DNA from: an uncultured Synergistaceae bacterium
GTDB taxonomy: Bacteria > Synergistota > Synergistia > Synergistales > Aminobacteriaceae
Assembly (NCBI GenBank): GCA_937870605.1
Contig: CALMZW010000071.1
Span: 1-61,091, forward strand
DNA length: 61,091 nucleotides
Reading direction: 5' to 3'
Made by a program: the position numbers and the translations under genes. This document shows, piece by piece, positions 9,835 to 17,415 of the stretch. The first letter of the stretch is position 1; each line of letters opens with the position of its first letter. The notes beneath the pieces are model-generated. The model had not been told where the DNA came from. It did not search any database and saw only the letters and a list, made by a program, of their open reading frames with translations.

Positions 9835-9889
9835 ACTTCCTGTTCCCTCCAACTCGTTCCCTGTACGCCGGGGTATTCCCGACAGGATA

Positions 9890-10735
9890 TTATCGGATCA
9901 ATTCCGAGAGAAACGCCGGAAGGGCGAACGCGGCCCTGTGGACATCCGGCGTGTAGTAGCGCGTCCCGGGCGGACAGGAACGCACGGGAACGGACGGGTC
10001 ATACGAAGACGACCCGACCGTGTAGGTCCACATTCCCGTCGGGTATGTCGGCATCGCGCCCCAGCAGAGGCGCGCAACCGGAAAGACGCGCCGGAGCGCG
10101 TCGAAGGCCCCAGTGACGACAGAAGCGTCCGAAAAGGGCGATTCCGTCTGCGCGATGACCATTCCGTCCTCGCGCAGCGCCTGCCGGAGATCACGGTAGA
10201 AGGGGGCCTCGAAGAGCCCTGCGGCGAAATCCACGGGGTCCGTGCTGTCCACGATCGCGACATCGAACTCGCCGTGCGTGTTCCGGATGTATTCGATCGC
10301 GTCGGTATGCCGGACCTCGGCGCGGGGATCGTCCATCGACGAGGCGATGGACGGGAGGAACCGCCGGGACGCTTCTATAACCTGCTCGTCGATATCCACA
10401 AGGACAGCCCGCGTGACGCACGGGTGGCGCAGGACCTCCCGGAGGACGGCTCCGTCCCCGCCGCCTACGATCAGAACGGAGCCGGGGGCGGGATGGGCGC
10501 ACAGGGGGATGTGCGCCATCATCTCCGAATAGCAGAACTCGTCCCGCTCGGTGATCTGGATCGCCCCGTCAAGGACGATCATGCGTCCGTATTCGGGCGT
10601 GTCGAGAACGGCGAGTTCCTGATAGGGCGTCTGCGCATGAAGCAGCGTTGCGTCGACGCGAAGCGACAGCCGCATGTCCCGTGTCTGCTCCTCGGTGAAC
10701 CACAGCTCGCTGCGCCGCTTCGGCCTCGTCTCCAC
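9890..10735 (-). CDS. speE: spermidine synthase / polyamine aminopropyltransferase
   Basis: ELWFTE N-terminus, [39 protein letters not shown] start preceded by GGGGGAAGG. Confidence 0.9.
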   Translation of the reverse strand: METRPKRRSELWFTEEQTRDMRLSLRVDATLLHAQTPYQELAVLDTPEYGRMIVLDGAIQITERDEFCYSEMMAHIPLCAHPAPGSVLIVGGGDGAVLREVLRHPCVTRAVLVDIDEQVIEASRRFLPSIASSMDDPRAEVRHTDAIEYIRNTHGEFDVAIVDSTDPVDFAAGLFEAPFYRDLRQALREDGMVIAQTESPFSDASVVTGAFDALRRVFPVARLCWGAMPTYPTGMWTYTVGSSSYDPSVPVRSCPPGTRYYTPDVHRAAFALPAFLSELIR

Positions 10736-10774
10736 GGATCCCTTCCCCCTCTGGCGTTACAGGCTCGTCCGACG

Positions 10775-11959
10775 TCAATCCCGGTCGAATACGTACGCCC
10801 GGAGGGGCGGGAACCCGTTGAAGCAGATCGACGAATAGCTCTGCGTGTATGCCCCGGTCGAGAAGAAGTACACGCGGTCCTTCTCCTGCAGCGAGAGCGG
10901 AAGCTTGTATTTCTCGGTCTCGTAGAGGATGTCCATGCTGTCGCAGGTCGGGCCGGCGAGGATGACTTCCTGGGTTTCTCCCGTGCGTTCGACGTAGATC
11001 GGGTACTTGATCGATTCGTCGAGCGTTTCGATCAGGCCTCCGAACTTGCCGATGTCGAGGTACACCCACCGGTACTGGTTCGCCTCCGCCTTCTTGGAGA
11101 TCATGACGACCTCGCTGACGAGGAGTCCCGAATCGCCCGTCATGGATCTTCCGGGCTCGATGATGATATCGGGGATTCCCTCGGGGAAATCCTCGCTGAG
11201 AAAACGCGTGACTTCCGCGGTGTAGACGTTCGTCTCCGATGTCGGGGACAGGTATTTCGCCGGGAATCCGCCGCCCAGATTGATCATCCGGAGCGGCACG
11301 CCCTTTTCGCGGACGGCCTCGAAAAGGTAGCGAACCGTCGCGATGGCGTTGTCCCACTGGCCGATGTCCCGCTGTTGCGAGCCGACGTGAAAGGAGACGC
11401 CGTACGGATCGAGGCCGAGCGCCGGGGTGTCGAGAATGAGATTGTAGATCGTGTCCGGATGGGCGCCGAACTTTCTCGAAAGCGGCCAGTCCGCGCCGCT
11501 GCCGTCCATCAGGATCCGGAAGAAGACCTTCGATCCGGGCGCGTGCGTCGCGATCTTGTTCAGATCGCTCTCGGAATCCGTCGCATAGAGCCTGATTCCC
11601 TTTTCGTAGGCGTAGGCGATATGTTCGGCCTTCTTGATCGTGTTGCCGTAACTGAGACGATCGGGGGAAACCCCCAGTCCGAGCATCAAATCCAGTTCGT
11701 AAATAGACGCGATATCGAAACAGCTTCCCTTGTCGATGAGCAGCTTCAGAACTTCGGGATTCGGATTCGCCTTGACGGCGTAATACACTTTCGCGAAGGG
11801 GAGTCCTGCCTTGAGCTGATCGTAGTGCTGCGCGACGCGTTTGAGGTCGATGACGAGAAAGGGTGTTTCTTTATCCGCGGCGAATGCTTTGATGGCTTCA
11901 AACCGTTCCCTTGGCATAAAACGCTCAAGGTCGAAACTGTAGGACGGGGGGTGTTCCAC
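10775..11959 (-). CDS. ornithine (or lysine/ornithine) decarboxylase, alanine-racemase-fold group IV PLP enzyme
   Basis: YAVKANPNPEVL (PLP lysine), GGGFPAKY, EPGRSMTGDSG, GPTCDSMD. The track ORF extends to 12244. GTG 11959 lies 9 nt after GGAGG (11969-11973) and downstream of a promoter at 12006-12034, so I trimmed the start. Confidence 0.85.
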   Translation of the reverse strand: MEHPPSYSFDLERFMPRERFEAIKAFAADKETPFLVIDLKRVAQHYDQLKAGLPFAKVYYAVKANPNPEVLKLLIDKGSCFDIASIYELDLMLGLGVSPDRLSYGNTIKKAEHIAYAYEKGIRLYATDSESDLNKIATHAPGSKVFFRILMDGSGADWPLSRKFGAHPDTIYNLILDTPALGLDPYGVSFHVGSQQRDIGQWDNAIATVRYLFEAVREKGVPLRMINLGGGFPAKYLSPTSETNVYTAEVTRFLSEDFPEGIPDIIIEPGRSMTGDSGLLVSEVVMISKKAEANQYRWVYLDIGKFGGLIETLDESIKYPIYVERTGETQEVILAGPTCDSMDILYETEKYKLPLSLQEKDRVYFFSTGAYTQSYSSICFNGFPPLRAYVFDRD

Positions 11960-12005
11960 TCCGATATTCCTCCTCTGTATGGGGACCATAATGAAAAGCG
12001 AGCAT

Positions 12006-12034
12006 AGTGTACGACCCTGAGGGCGGAAGGGCAA
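12006..12034 (-). promoter_or_regulatory. sigma70-like promoter TTGCCC-17-TACACT for the polyamine operon
   Basis: The reverse strand reads TTGCCC (12034-12029), a 17-nt spacer, then TACACT (12011-12006). Confidence 0.5.
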
Positions 12035-12244
12035 GGGGAAATTGTGTCCCTTTTCGATGTATACACGAAACCCCTTCCCTTTGGCGCGATGCCGAAATGC
12101 GTTCGACGCGTTCCTTTCCTTCTCGCGGACGCCGTCGTTCGCTTCGGGAGCGTTCATGATAGACTTCTTTCGTTGCATATCGCAGGGTTTCGGCGGAACG
12201 TGTCGCTTCATCCGACAATGCGGATCGATGAGGGGGAAACGCAA

Positions 12245-13138
12245 ATGTCACTTCCCGAGAGAACCTTCTTTTTTCGCGGAAAGGAATACCGGACGCCTGA
12301 AGAACTGGCGAACGCCTTTCTCGAAGGGGACGAGGCGTGGAACGACGCCCTGTTCGTCGTGGACAGAGGGTTCGTTCAAAAATGGCTCGAATACAACGGC
12401 GATTTCGGGCGCGCCGCCGAGATGGAAAAGAACGCCGAAAAGAGCGCCGGGGAGCAGTGCGCGCACTTTGCGGCGCATTTCGCCGTTCCGGTGACTCCCG
12501 AAGCGCAATACAGGTTCGGGAAGATGTTTCTGGAGGGGACCGTCGCGCCGCAGGATTCCGTGAAAGCCGCCGAATGGTTCTCCCGGGCCGCGGAGCAGGG
12601 GCATCCGTATGCGCAATCCTGCCTGGATGCGGCCGCTTCCGTTCTTTCCGTTGCGGAGCGGGGAGAGTCGCTCGCTCAGGTCAATCCGGACGAAACGAAG
12701 AGCGGCGCGCCGGAGCCCGGGGGCGTCGAAACGCCGGACACGGACCCCGGCGATGCGGCGTCCCCGGAATCGCGTCGCGAAGACGTAGAAAAGGGAAACG
12801 CCGATGAGCAATTCAATCGCGGCTGGATGTATGCAAACGGCCACGGTGCGCCCCGGGACGACACTCTGGCGATCGAGTGGTACCGTAAGGCCGTGAAACA
12901 AGGGCACCCGAACGCGCTCTATAACCTGGGGCGGATGTACGAAGACGGCCGCGCGGTGCGGCAGAACTTCGCCAAGGCCTACCGGCTGTATTTCAGGGCG
13001 TCGCTTCACGGGATCAGGGAGGCGGATGATGCGATGGTCGAGCTGAAAAAGAAGAGTTGGCTTCGAAGGCCGAAGGTGTCGGAAGCAGAAGCCGCTCGCA
13101 TCGAACAGGAGGAGGGCTACAAGCCCGGGGAAGACTGA
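12245..13138 (+). CDS. Sel1-repeat (SLR/TPR-like) protein
   Basis: In-frame part of track ORF 12044..13138. ATG 12245 follows GAGGGGGA. Sel1-type repeats are AAEWFSRAAEQGHPYAQ and AIEWYRKAVKQGHPNALYNLGRMYEDG. There is no signal peptide. Confidence 0.7.
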   Translation: MSLPERTFFFRGKEYRTPEELANAFLEGDEAWNDALFVVDRGFVQKWLEYNGDFGRAAEMEKNAEKSAGEQCAHFAAHFAVPVTPEAQYRFGKMFLEGTVAPQDSVKAAEWFSRAAEQGHPYAQSCLDAAASVLSVAERGESLAQVNPDETKSGAPEPGGVETPDTDPGDAASPESRREDVEKGNADEQFNRGWMYANGHGAPRDDTLAIEWYRKAVKQGHPNALYNLGRMYEDGRAVRQNFAKAYRLYFRASLHGIREADDAMVELKKKSWLRRPKVSEAEAARIEQEEGYKPGED

Positions 13139-13211
13139 AGCATCGGTTTCGCAAAGAACAAGAGACCGCGAGGCGCTTTCGAGCATCCCCGGAGTCGGCC
13201 GGAAATTACGC

Positions 13212-13241
13212 TTGACACCCGAAGGGCGCGGCCGATACACT
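13212..13241 (+). promoter_or_regulatory. sigma70-like promoter TTGACA-18-TACACT
   Basis: TTGACA 13212-13217, 18-nt spacer, TACACT 13236-13241. Confidence 0.6.
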
Positions 13242-13287
13242 GCATGCTGTTTGAAAATCACACGCACCGGCTGCGGAGGGATATTCC

Positions 13288-13905
13288 ATTCGTACGGGAA
13301 AGCTCGCGTATCTCGCTCTCGGTCTCGTCCTGCTTCTCGCCGTCGCGGCGGGCGTTTGGGCGTATCGTCTCACCCAACAGCCGCACCCTCCGACACGCCC
13401 CACGGAGCCTCTGGCGTCGCCGGTGGAGCCGGCCCGGCCGACTCCCGTCGCGGCCATTCCGCAGCGGGATCTGCCCCCGCCCGCCGGTCCGGTCGAACGG
13501 GACCAGCGATGGATCCGCATCGTCAAGAGCCGCTTCACGCTGATTCTCTATCGCGGGAACGACGTGGAACAGTCCTACCCCATTGCGGTCGGCAGAAACG
13601 GCGGCAAGAAACTGCGTTCGGGAGACAACCGCACGCCCGAAGGCCGTTTTTCCATAGAAAAGATACACGACGCGTCCTCCTGGACCCACGACTTCGGCGA
13701 CGGCAAGGGACAGATCAAAGGCGCCTACGGACCGTGGTTCATCCGGCTCAAGACCGGGTGGCAGGGGATCGGGATTCACGGAACGCACGATCCCCTGTCC
13801 ATCGGCGGCAGGGTGTCCGAAGGGTGTATCCGGATGCGGAACCAGGATGTCTCCGACCTGCGTCGCCGCGTCGCCCCCGGGATGCTCGTCGTTATTGAGG
13901 AGTGA
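13288..13905 (+). CDS. L,D-transpeptidase (YkuD domain), probably membrane-anchored through a non-canonical ATT start
   Basis: YkuD catalytic block IHGTHDPLSIGGRVSEGCIRM. The track starts at GTG 13423, but the frame is open from 13255. ATT 13288 lies 7 nt after GGAGGG (13275-13280) and adds a TM helix plus a Pro-rich linker. Confidence 0.7.
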   Translation: MRTGKLAYLALGLVLLLAVAAGVWAYRLTQQPHPPTRPTEPLASPVEPARPTPVAAIPQRDLPPPAGPVERDQRWIRIVKSRFTLILYRGNDVEQSYPIAVGRNGGKKLRSGDNRTPEGRFSIEKIHDASSWTHDFGDGKGQIKGAYGPWFIRLKTGWQGIGIHGTHDPLSIGGRVSEGCIRMRNQDVSDLRRRVAPGMLVVIEE

Positions 13906-14674
13906 CGGCCGCCTTCTTGTAGGTGTACGTCACGCCCTGTATGGGTTCGGGGAGAACCCTGCTCCGGATCCGGACGGCGCCCGCCTCGTATTCGATCGCG
14001 TGCAGCCGCAACGGAAAGACGAATTTCGAGAGATCGAGAATCGGCTGGATCTGCGAGACGGCTTTGTCCGTGATGAAATCCGGCACGCCGACGCGGTTGA
14101 CGGCGAGCGTGTAGTCCGAAAGCCAGATCTGCTGCGCGTCGACGATCCGGAAGCGACTCGTGATTTCGATGAGGACATCGAGCGTGAACAGCACGCGAAC
14201 CTGATAGTACCCCCGCGCGTACACCCCGTCCTTTCCGATCGAGAGCTGGATGCCGTGCCAGTGGTCGTCGTCCCCGAAGTCCTTCCCGAGAAGATTCCGG
14301 TTGATGTCGTCCGCGGTGATCCGGCAATCGGCCACCGCGTGGAGCATGCGCTTCACGTCGACGTTCCCCTTCGTCCACTCCGAAACCGGCGTCAGTTCGA
14401 CGCCCATGCCCCGGACCTTGAGCGACGCGACCCGGACGCCGCCGATGGAGCAGCCCTTGATGTCGAGATACATGTCCCGGACGGAACCCGACGGATCGGG
14501 AGGTTCGTCGAGAACCATAACCATCTCGTCAGGCGTGAACTTTTTCGCGAAAAAGTCCATCAGCAGCGCTCCCGCGTCTCCGGAAACCGGCGTCGCGAAA
14601 GCGGGCGTCCCGCAGCTGCAGGCGATGATCGCCGCCAACAGGGCGGGCATGGCGAAGCGTTTCCCATAATGCAT
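13892..14674 (-). CDS. hypothetical lipoprotein / exported protein
   Basis: ATG 14674 lies 9 nt after AGGAGG. The N-terminus MHYGKRFAMPALLAAIIACSCG has a lipobox-like IIAC. The rest is beta-rich and I cannot assign a family with confidence. It possibly resembles DUF2993/LmeA-type proteins. Confidence 0.55.
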   Translation of the reverse strand: MHYGKRFAMPALLAAIIACSCGTPAFATPVSGDAGALLMDFFAKKFTPDEMVMVLDEPPDPSGSVRDMYLDIKGCSIGGVRVASLKVRGMGVELTPVSEWTKGNVDVKRMLHAVADCRITADDINRNLLGKDFGDDDHWHGIQLSIGKDGVYARGYYQVRVLFTLDVLIEITSRFRIVDAQQIWLSDYTLAVNRVGVPDFITDKAVSQIQPILDLSKFVFPLRLHAIEYEAGAVRIRSRVLPEPIQGVTYTYKKAAVTPQ

Positions 14675-14715
14675 CCCGGCATTCCTCCTCATCGTTGTTC
14701 CGTTCCGCTGCGGGG

Positions 14716-16680
14716 TCACGAATCCTCCCCGTCGATCTGCTCGATTTCGAGCATCAGGGATTCCCATTTCGGCAGCAGCTCGTCGAGCCGGGCCGATGCT
14801 TTGCTTCGCAGGAGCATGAGGTCCTGCACCCGGCGGGAATCGGCCAGAACGTCCGGGGTGCAGAGCAGCCCGTCGGTTTCCGATTGCTCCCGTTCGAGCG
14901 CCGCAATTTCCGTCTCGAGAGGCGTCAGCGTCTCCATGACGATCCGCTTCCGGCGGTATCGTTCGTTGCGGCGTTCGGCTTCGGAGCGTTTCTTCGTCCG
15001 GTCGTCCGCTATCACGCCGCCGGCCGGCGAGACGCCGGATCCCTGTTCCTGCGCCTGCGCGTCCAGAGCCGCCCGCTTTCCGAGGAAATAGGAGTAGTTC
15101 CCCGGGTAGTCGCGGATGCCGCCGTTCCTGATTTCGATGATCCGGGTCGCGAGCGAGTCCAGGAAGAACCGGTCGTGGGAAACTATGACGAGCGTGCCGG
15201 AATACTCCAGAAGGGCTTCCTGGAAAAGTTCCCGCGTCGTCATGTCCAGATGGTTCGTCGGCTCGTCGAGAATGAGAAGGTTCGAATCCCGGAGCAGGAT
15301 CTTGAACAGCGCGAGTCGCGATTTTTCGCCGCCCGAGAGGACGGAAACGGATTTATGAATGTCGTCCCCCGAGAAGAGAAACGCTCCGAGCAGCGTCCGT
15401 CGCGGCCCTTCGAGCAGCGGTCCTCCAGCGTCGAGGGCTTCCTGCCATACGGACCGGCGGTAGTCGAGGTTTTGCGTGCTCTCCTGGGAGAAGAAGGCGA
15501 CCCTGACGTTGTGTCCGTGGCGCACGTCTCCGGAGGTGGGGGCCTCCTGCCGGGCGATGAGCCGCGACAGCGTGGACTTCCCCGCGCCGTTGACCCCGAC
15601 GAGCGCGATCTTTTCCCCCCGGTTGATCGAGAAGGAGACGTTGCGGAACACGCTCACGTCGCCATAGCTCTTGCCCACATCGGTGACGCGGACGACCTCA
15701 TGTCCGCTCCTCGGGCACTCGGGAAAACGGATATTGACGGATTTTTTCGGGCCGTCGATTTCCACGATCTCGATTTTTTCGAGCGTCTTGATGCGGCTCT
15801 GGACCTGCGCGGCCTTCGTCGCCTTGTACCGGAAGCGTTCGATGAACGATTCGGTCCGTTCGATGAAGGCCTCCTGTCGTTCCCTGTTCCGAAGGGCTTC
15901 CTCACGTCGTTGTTCGCGTTCCCGGAGGTACTCGGAATAGCTGCCGCGATAGAGCGTGACGGAGCGGTTTTCCAGCTCCGCGACATGGGTGCACATCCGG
16001 TCCAGAAAGCGCCGGTCGTGCGCCACGGCGATCATGGTTCCGCGAAAGCCGGAAAGCCAGCTTTCCAGCCATTCCATGCTCTCCGTATCCAGGTGGTTCG
16101 TCGGTTCGTCAAGCAACAGGATGTCCGGCGCGCCGAGCAGGATGGACGCCAGCAGGATCCGCATCTTCCAGCCGCCCGAAAACTCGCCGCAGCGGCGGGT
16201 TCTGTCGGCGTCGCGGAACCCGAGTCCCGTAAGCACTTTTCCAGCCAGCGAATCGAACGCATAGCCTTCCAGCGCCTCGAACCGCCGCTGGACCTCCTCG
16301 TGGCGCCGCAGGAGGTCGGGCAGGCGGGGGCCGCCTTCGGAAATCTCCTGTGAGAGGCGCTCCATCTCCCGTTCTGCGTCCGCGACACCGGCGCGTTCCC
16401 GCAACAGGGCAAGCAGCGGGATGTCCTGGAGTTCCACGAGATCCTGGGGAAGGTATCCCAGACGATGCCGTCCCGGAATCACGACCGATCCGTCGTCCGG
16501 ATCCATGCCGCCCGACAGGATGCGAAGGAGCGTGGTCTTTCCCGACCCGTTCAATCCGACGAGTCCGACGCGGGCGCCGTCCGGGACATTCATCGACAGA
16601 TTGTCGAAAAGCAGGCGTTCTCCGAAGCGGAGGGTGATATCATTGACACGTATCACATTCTGTCCGTCCTTTGGCTCCAT
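14716..16680 (-). CDS. ABC-F family ATPase (Uup/YheS-like, with C-terminal coiled coil)
   Basis: Two NBDs and no TM domain: GLNGSGKTT / FSGGWKMR / LLLDEPTNHLD and GVNGAGKST / LSGGEKSR / LILDEPTNHLD. The C-terminal tail is charged. ATG 16680 (MEPKDGQNVIRV...) is preferred to the longer track start. Confidence 0.9.
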   Translation of the reverse strand: MEPKDGQNVIRVNDITLRFGERLLFDNLSMNVPDGARVGLVGLNGSGKTTLLRILSGGMDPDDGSVVIPGRHRLGYLPQDLVELQDIPLLALLRERAGVADAEREMERLSQEISEGGPRLPDLLRRHEEVQRRFEALEGYAFDSLAGKVLTGLGFRDADRTRRCGEFSGGWKMRILLASILLGAPDILLLDEPTNHLDTESMEWLESWLSGFRGTMIAVAHDRRFLDRMCTHVAELENRSVTLYRGSYSEYLREREQRREEALRNRERQEAFIERTESFIERFRYKATKAAQVQSRIKTLEKIEIVEIDGPKKSVNIRFPECPRSGHEVVRVTDVGKSYGDVSVFRNVSFSINRGEKIALVGVNGAGKSTLSRLIARQEAPTSGDVRHGHNVRVAFFSQESTQNLDYRRSVWQEALDAGGPLLEGPRRTLLGAFLFSGDDIHKSVSVLSGGEKSRLALFKILLRDSNLLILDEPTNHLDMTTRELFQEALLEYSGTLVIVSHDRFFLDSLATRIIEIRNGGIRDYPGNYSYFLGKRAALDAQAQEQGSGVSPAGGVIADDRTKKRSEAERRNERYRRKRIVMETLTPLETEIAALEREQSETDGLLCTPDVLADSRRVQDLMLLRSKASARLDELLPKWESLMLEIEQIDGEDS

Positions 16681-16743
16681 AGCGCGCCGCCCCGTCCCGG
16701 AACCCCCGGGGGACTCTTGGCGCGTGGAAGAGACTGTAGCGTC

Positions 16744-16773
16744 AGTATAGGGGCTCGGATGGAGCGGTGTCAA
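16744..16773 (-). promoter_or_regulatory. sigma70-like promoter TTGACA-18-TATACT for the ABC-F gene
   Basis: The reverse strand reads TTGACA CCGCTCCATCCGAGCCCC TATACT. Confidence 0.55.
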
Positions 16774-16810
16774 AGAAATTTGTCGGATGTGAAAACGGGT
16801 GCGAAATTGC

Positions 16811-16842
16811 TTGACAGTTCCGCATCCATCATATATTGTAAT
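16811..16842 (+). promoter_or_regulatory. promoter region of the cold-shock gene
   Basis: TTGACA 16811-16816 is followed by an AT-rich stretch ATATATTGTAAT that offers several -10 candidates. The exact -10 is ambiguous. Confidence 0.45.
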
Positions 16843-16894
16843 AGCGCCGGATAGTATCCGGCGTATTTAATTTATTTAGGGAGGCTCTCTATTT

Positions 16895-17095
16895 ATGACC
16901 CAAGGAACAGTGAAATGGTTTAACGAGGCCAAGGGCTACGGCTTTATCACGACTGACGAGGGCAAGGACGTCTTTGTTCACTACAGCGCCATCATGGGCG
17001 ACGGGTTCAAGACGCTTGCGGAAGGACAGAAGGTTTCGTTCGAGATCACTCAGGGCGCCAAGGGGCCTCAGGCTTCCAACGTCCAGAAGGTGTAG
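16895..17095 (+). CDS. cspA: cold-shock protein (CspA family)
   Basis: 66 aa with the RNP1 and RNP2 motifs KGYGFI and VFVHYS. RBS AGGGAGG. Confidence 0.95.
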   Translation: MTQGTVKWFNEAKGYGFITTDEGKDVFVHYSAIMGDGFKTLAEGQKVSFEITQGAKGPQASNVQKV

Positions 17096-17130
17096 CGCGC
17101 CCGCTCAGTTCGCAAATCAGACGATGAGAT

Positions 17131-17164
17131 AAAGGACGGCCTCTTGAGGCCGTCCTTTTTTTAT
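17131..17164 (+). terminator. intrinsic terminator
   Basis: AAAGGACGGCCTC-TTG-GAGGCCGTCCTTT followed by TTTTT. Confidence 0.85.
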
Positions 17165-17219
17165 GGCGGGATATGCGTACGGGATTTGTAGAAAAATGAA
17201 ATCGAAATACATATTTCCC

Positions 17220-17247
17220 TTGACAGTACGAGAGTTCACACTAATAC
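17220..17247 (+). promoter_or_regulatory. candidate promoter TTGACA-16-TAATAC upstream of the efflux operon
   Basis: TTGACA 17220-17225 and TAATAC 17242-17247, in an AT-rich spacer. Confidence 0.45.
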
Positions 17248-17310
17248 TCTAGGCCGCTTGTCGCTTTCCGTGCGAAACCGGCGAACGGGACGTTCGGACT
17301 GCGGACGATG

Positions 17311-17341
17311 TTGACATTCCCGTAACGGGAAGGCGTATACC
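17311..17341 (+). promoter_or_regulatory. second candidate promoter with an embedded 15-bp palindrome (possible operator)
   Basis: TTGACA 17311-17316 is immediately followed by the perfect palindrome TTCCCG-TAA-CGGGAA (17317-17331), then GTATACC. Confidence 0.4.
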
Positions 17342-17415
17342 CGTCGTGTCGCGGGGAGCGCGGAGTGTGTGCAGGTCGGAATGTTTTTTCGGAATCCGGA
17401 GAGGGGTGACGGTGC

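Noticed and set aside
16700-16720. CCCCCGGGGG palindrome in the ABC-F 5' leader as a regulatory element
   Set aside because: It is a short GC palindrome that is expected by chance in DNA this GC-rich. There are no flanking features.
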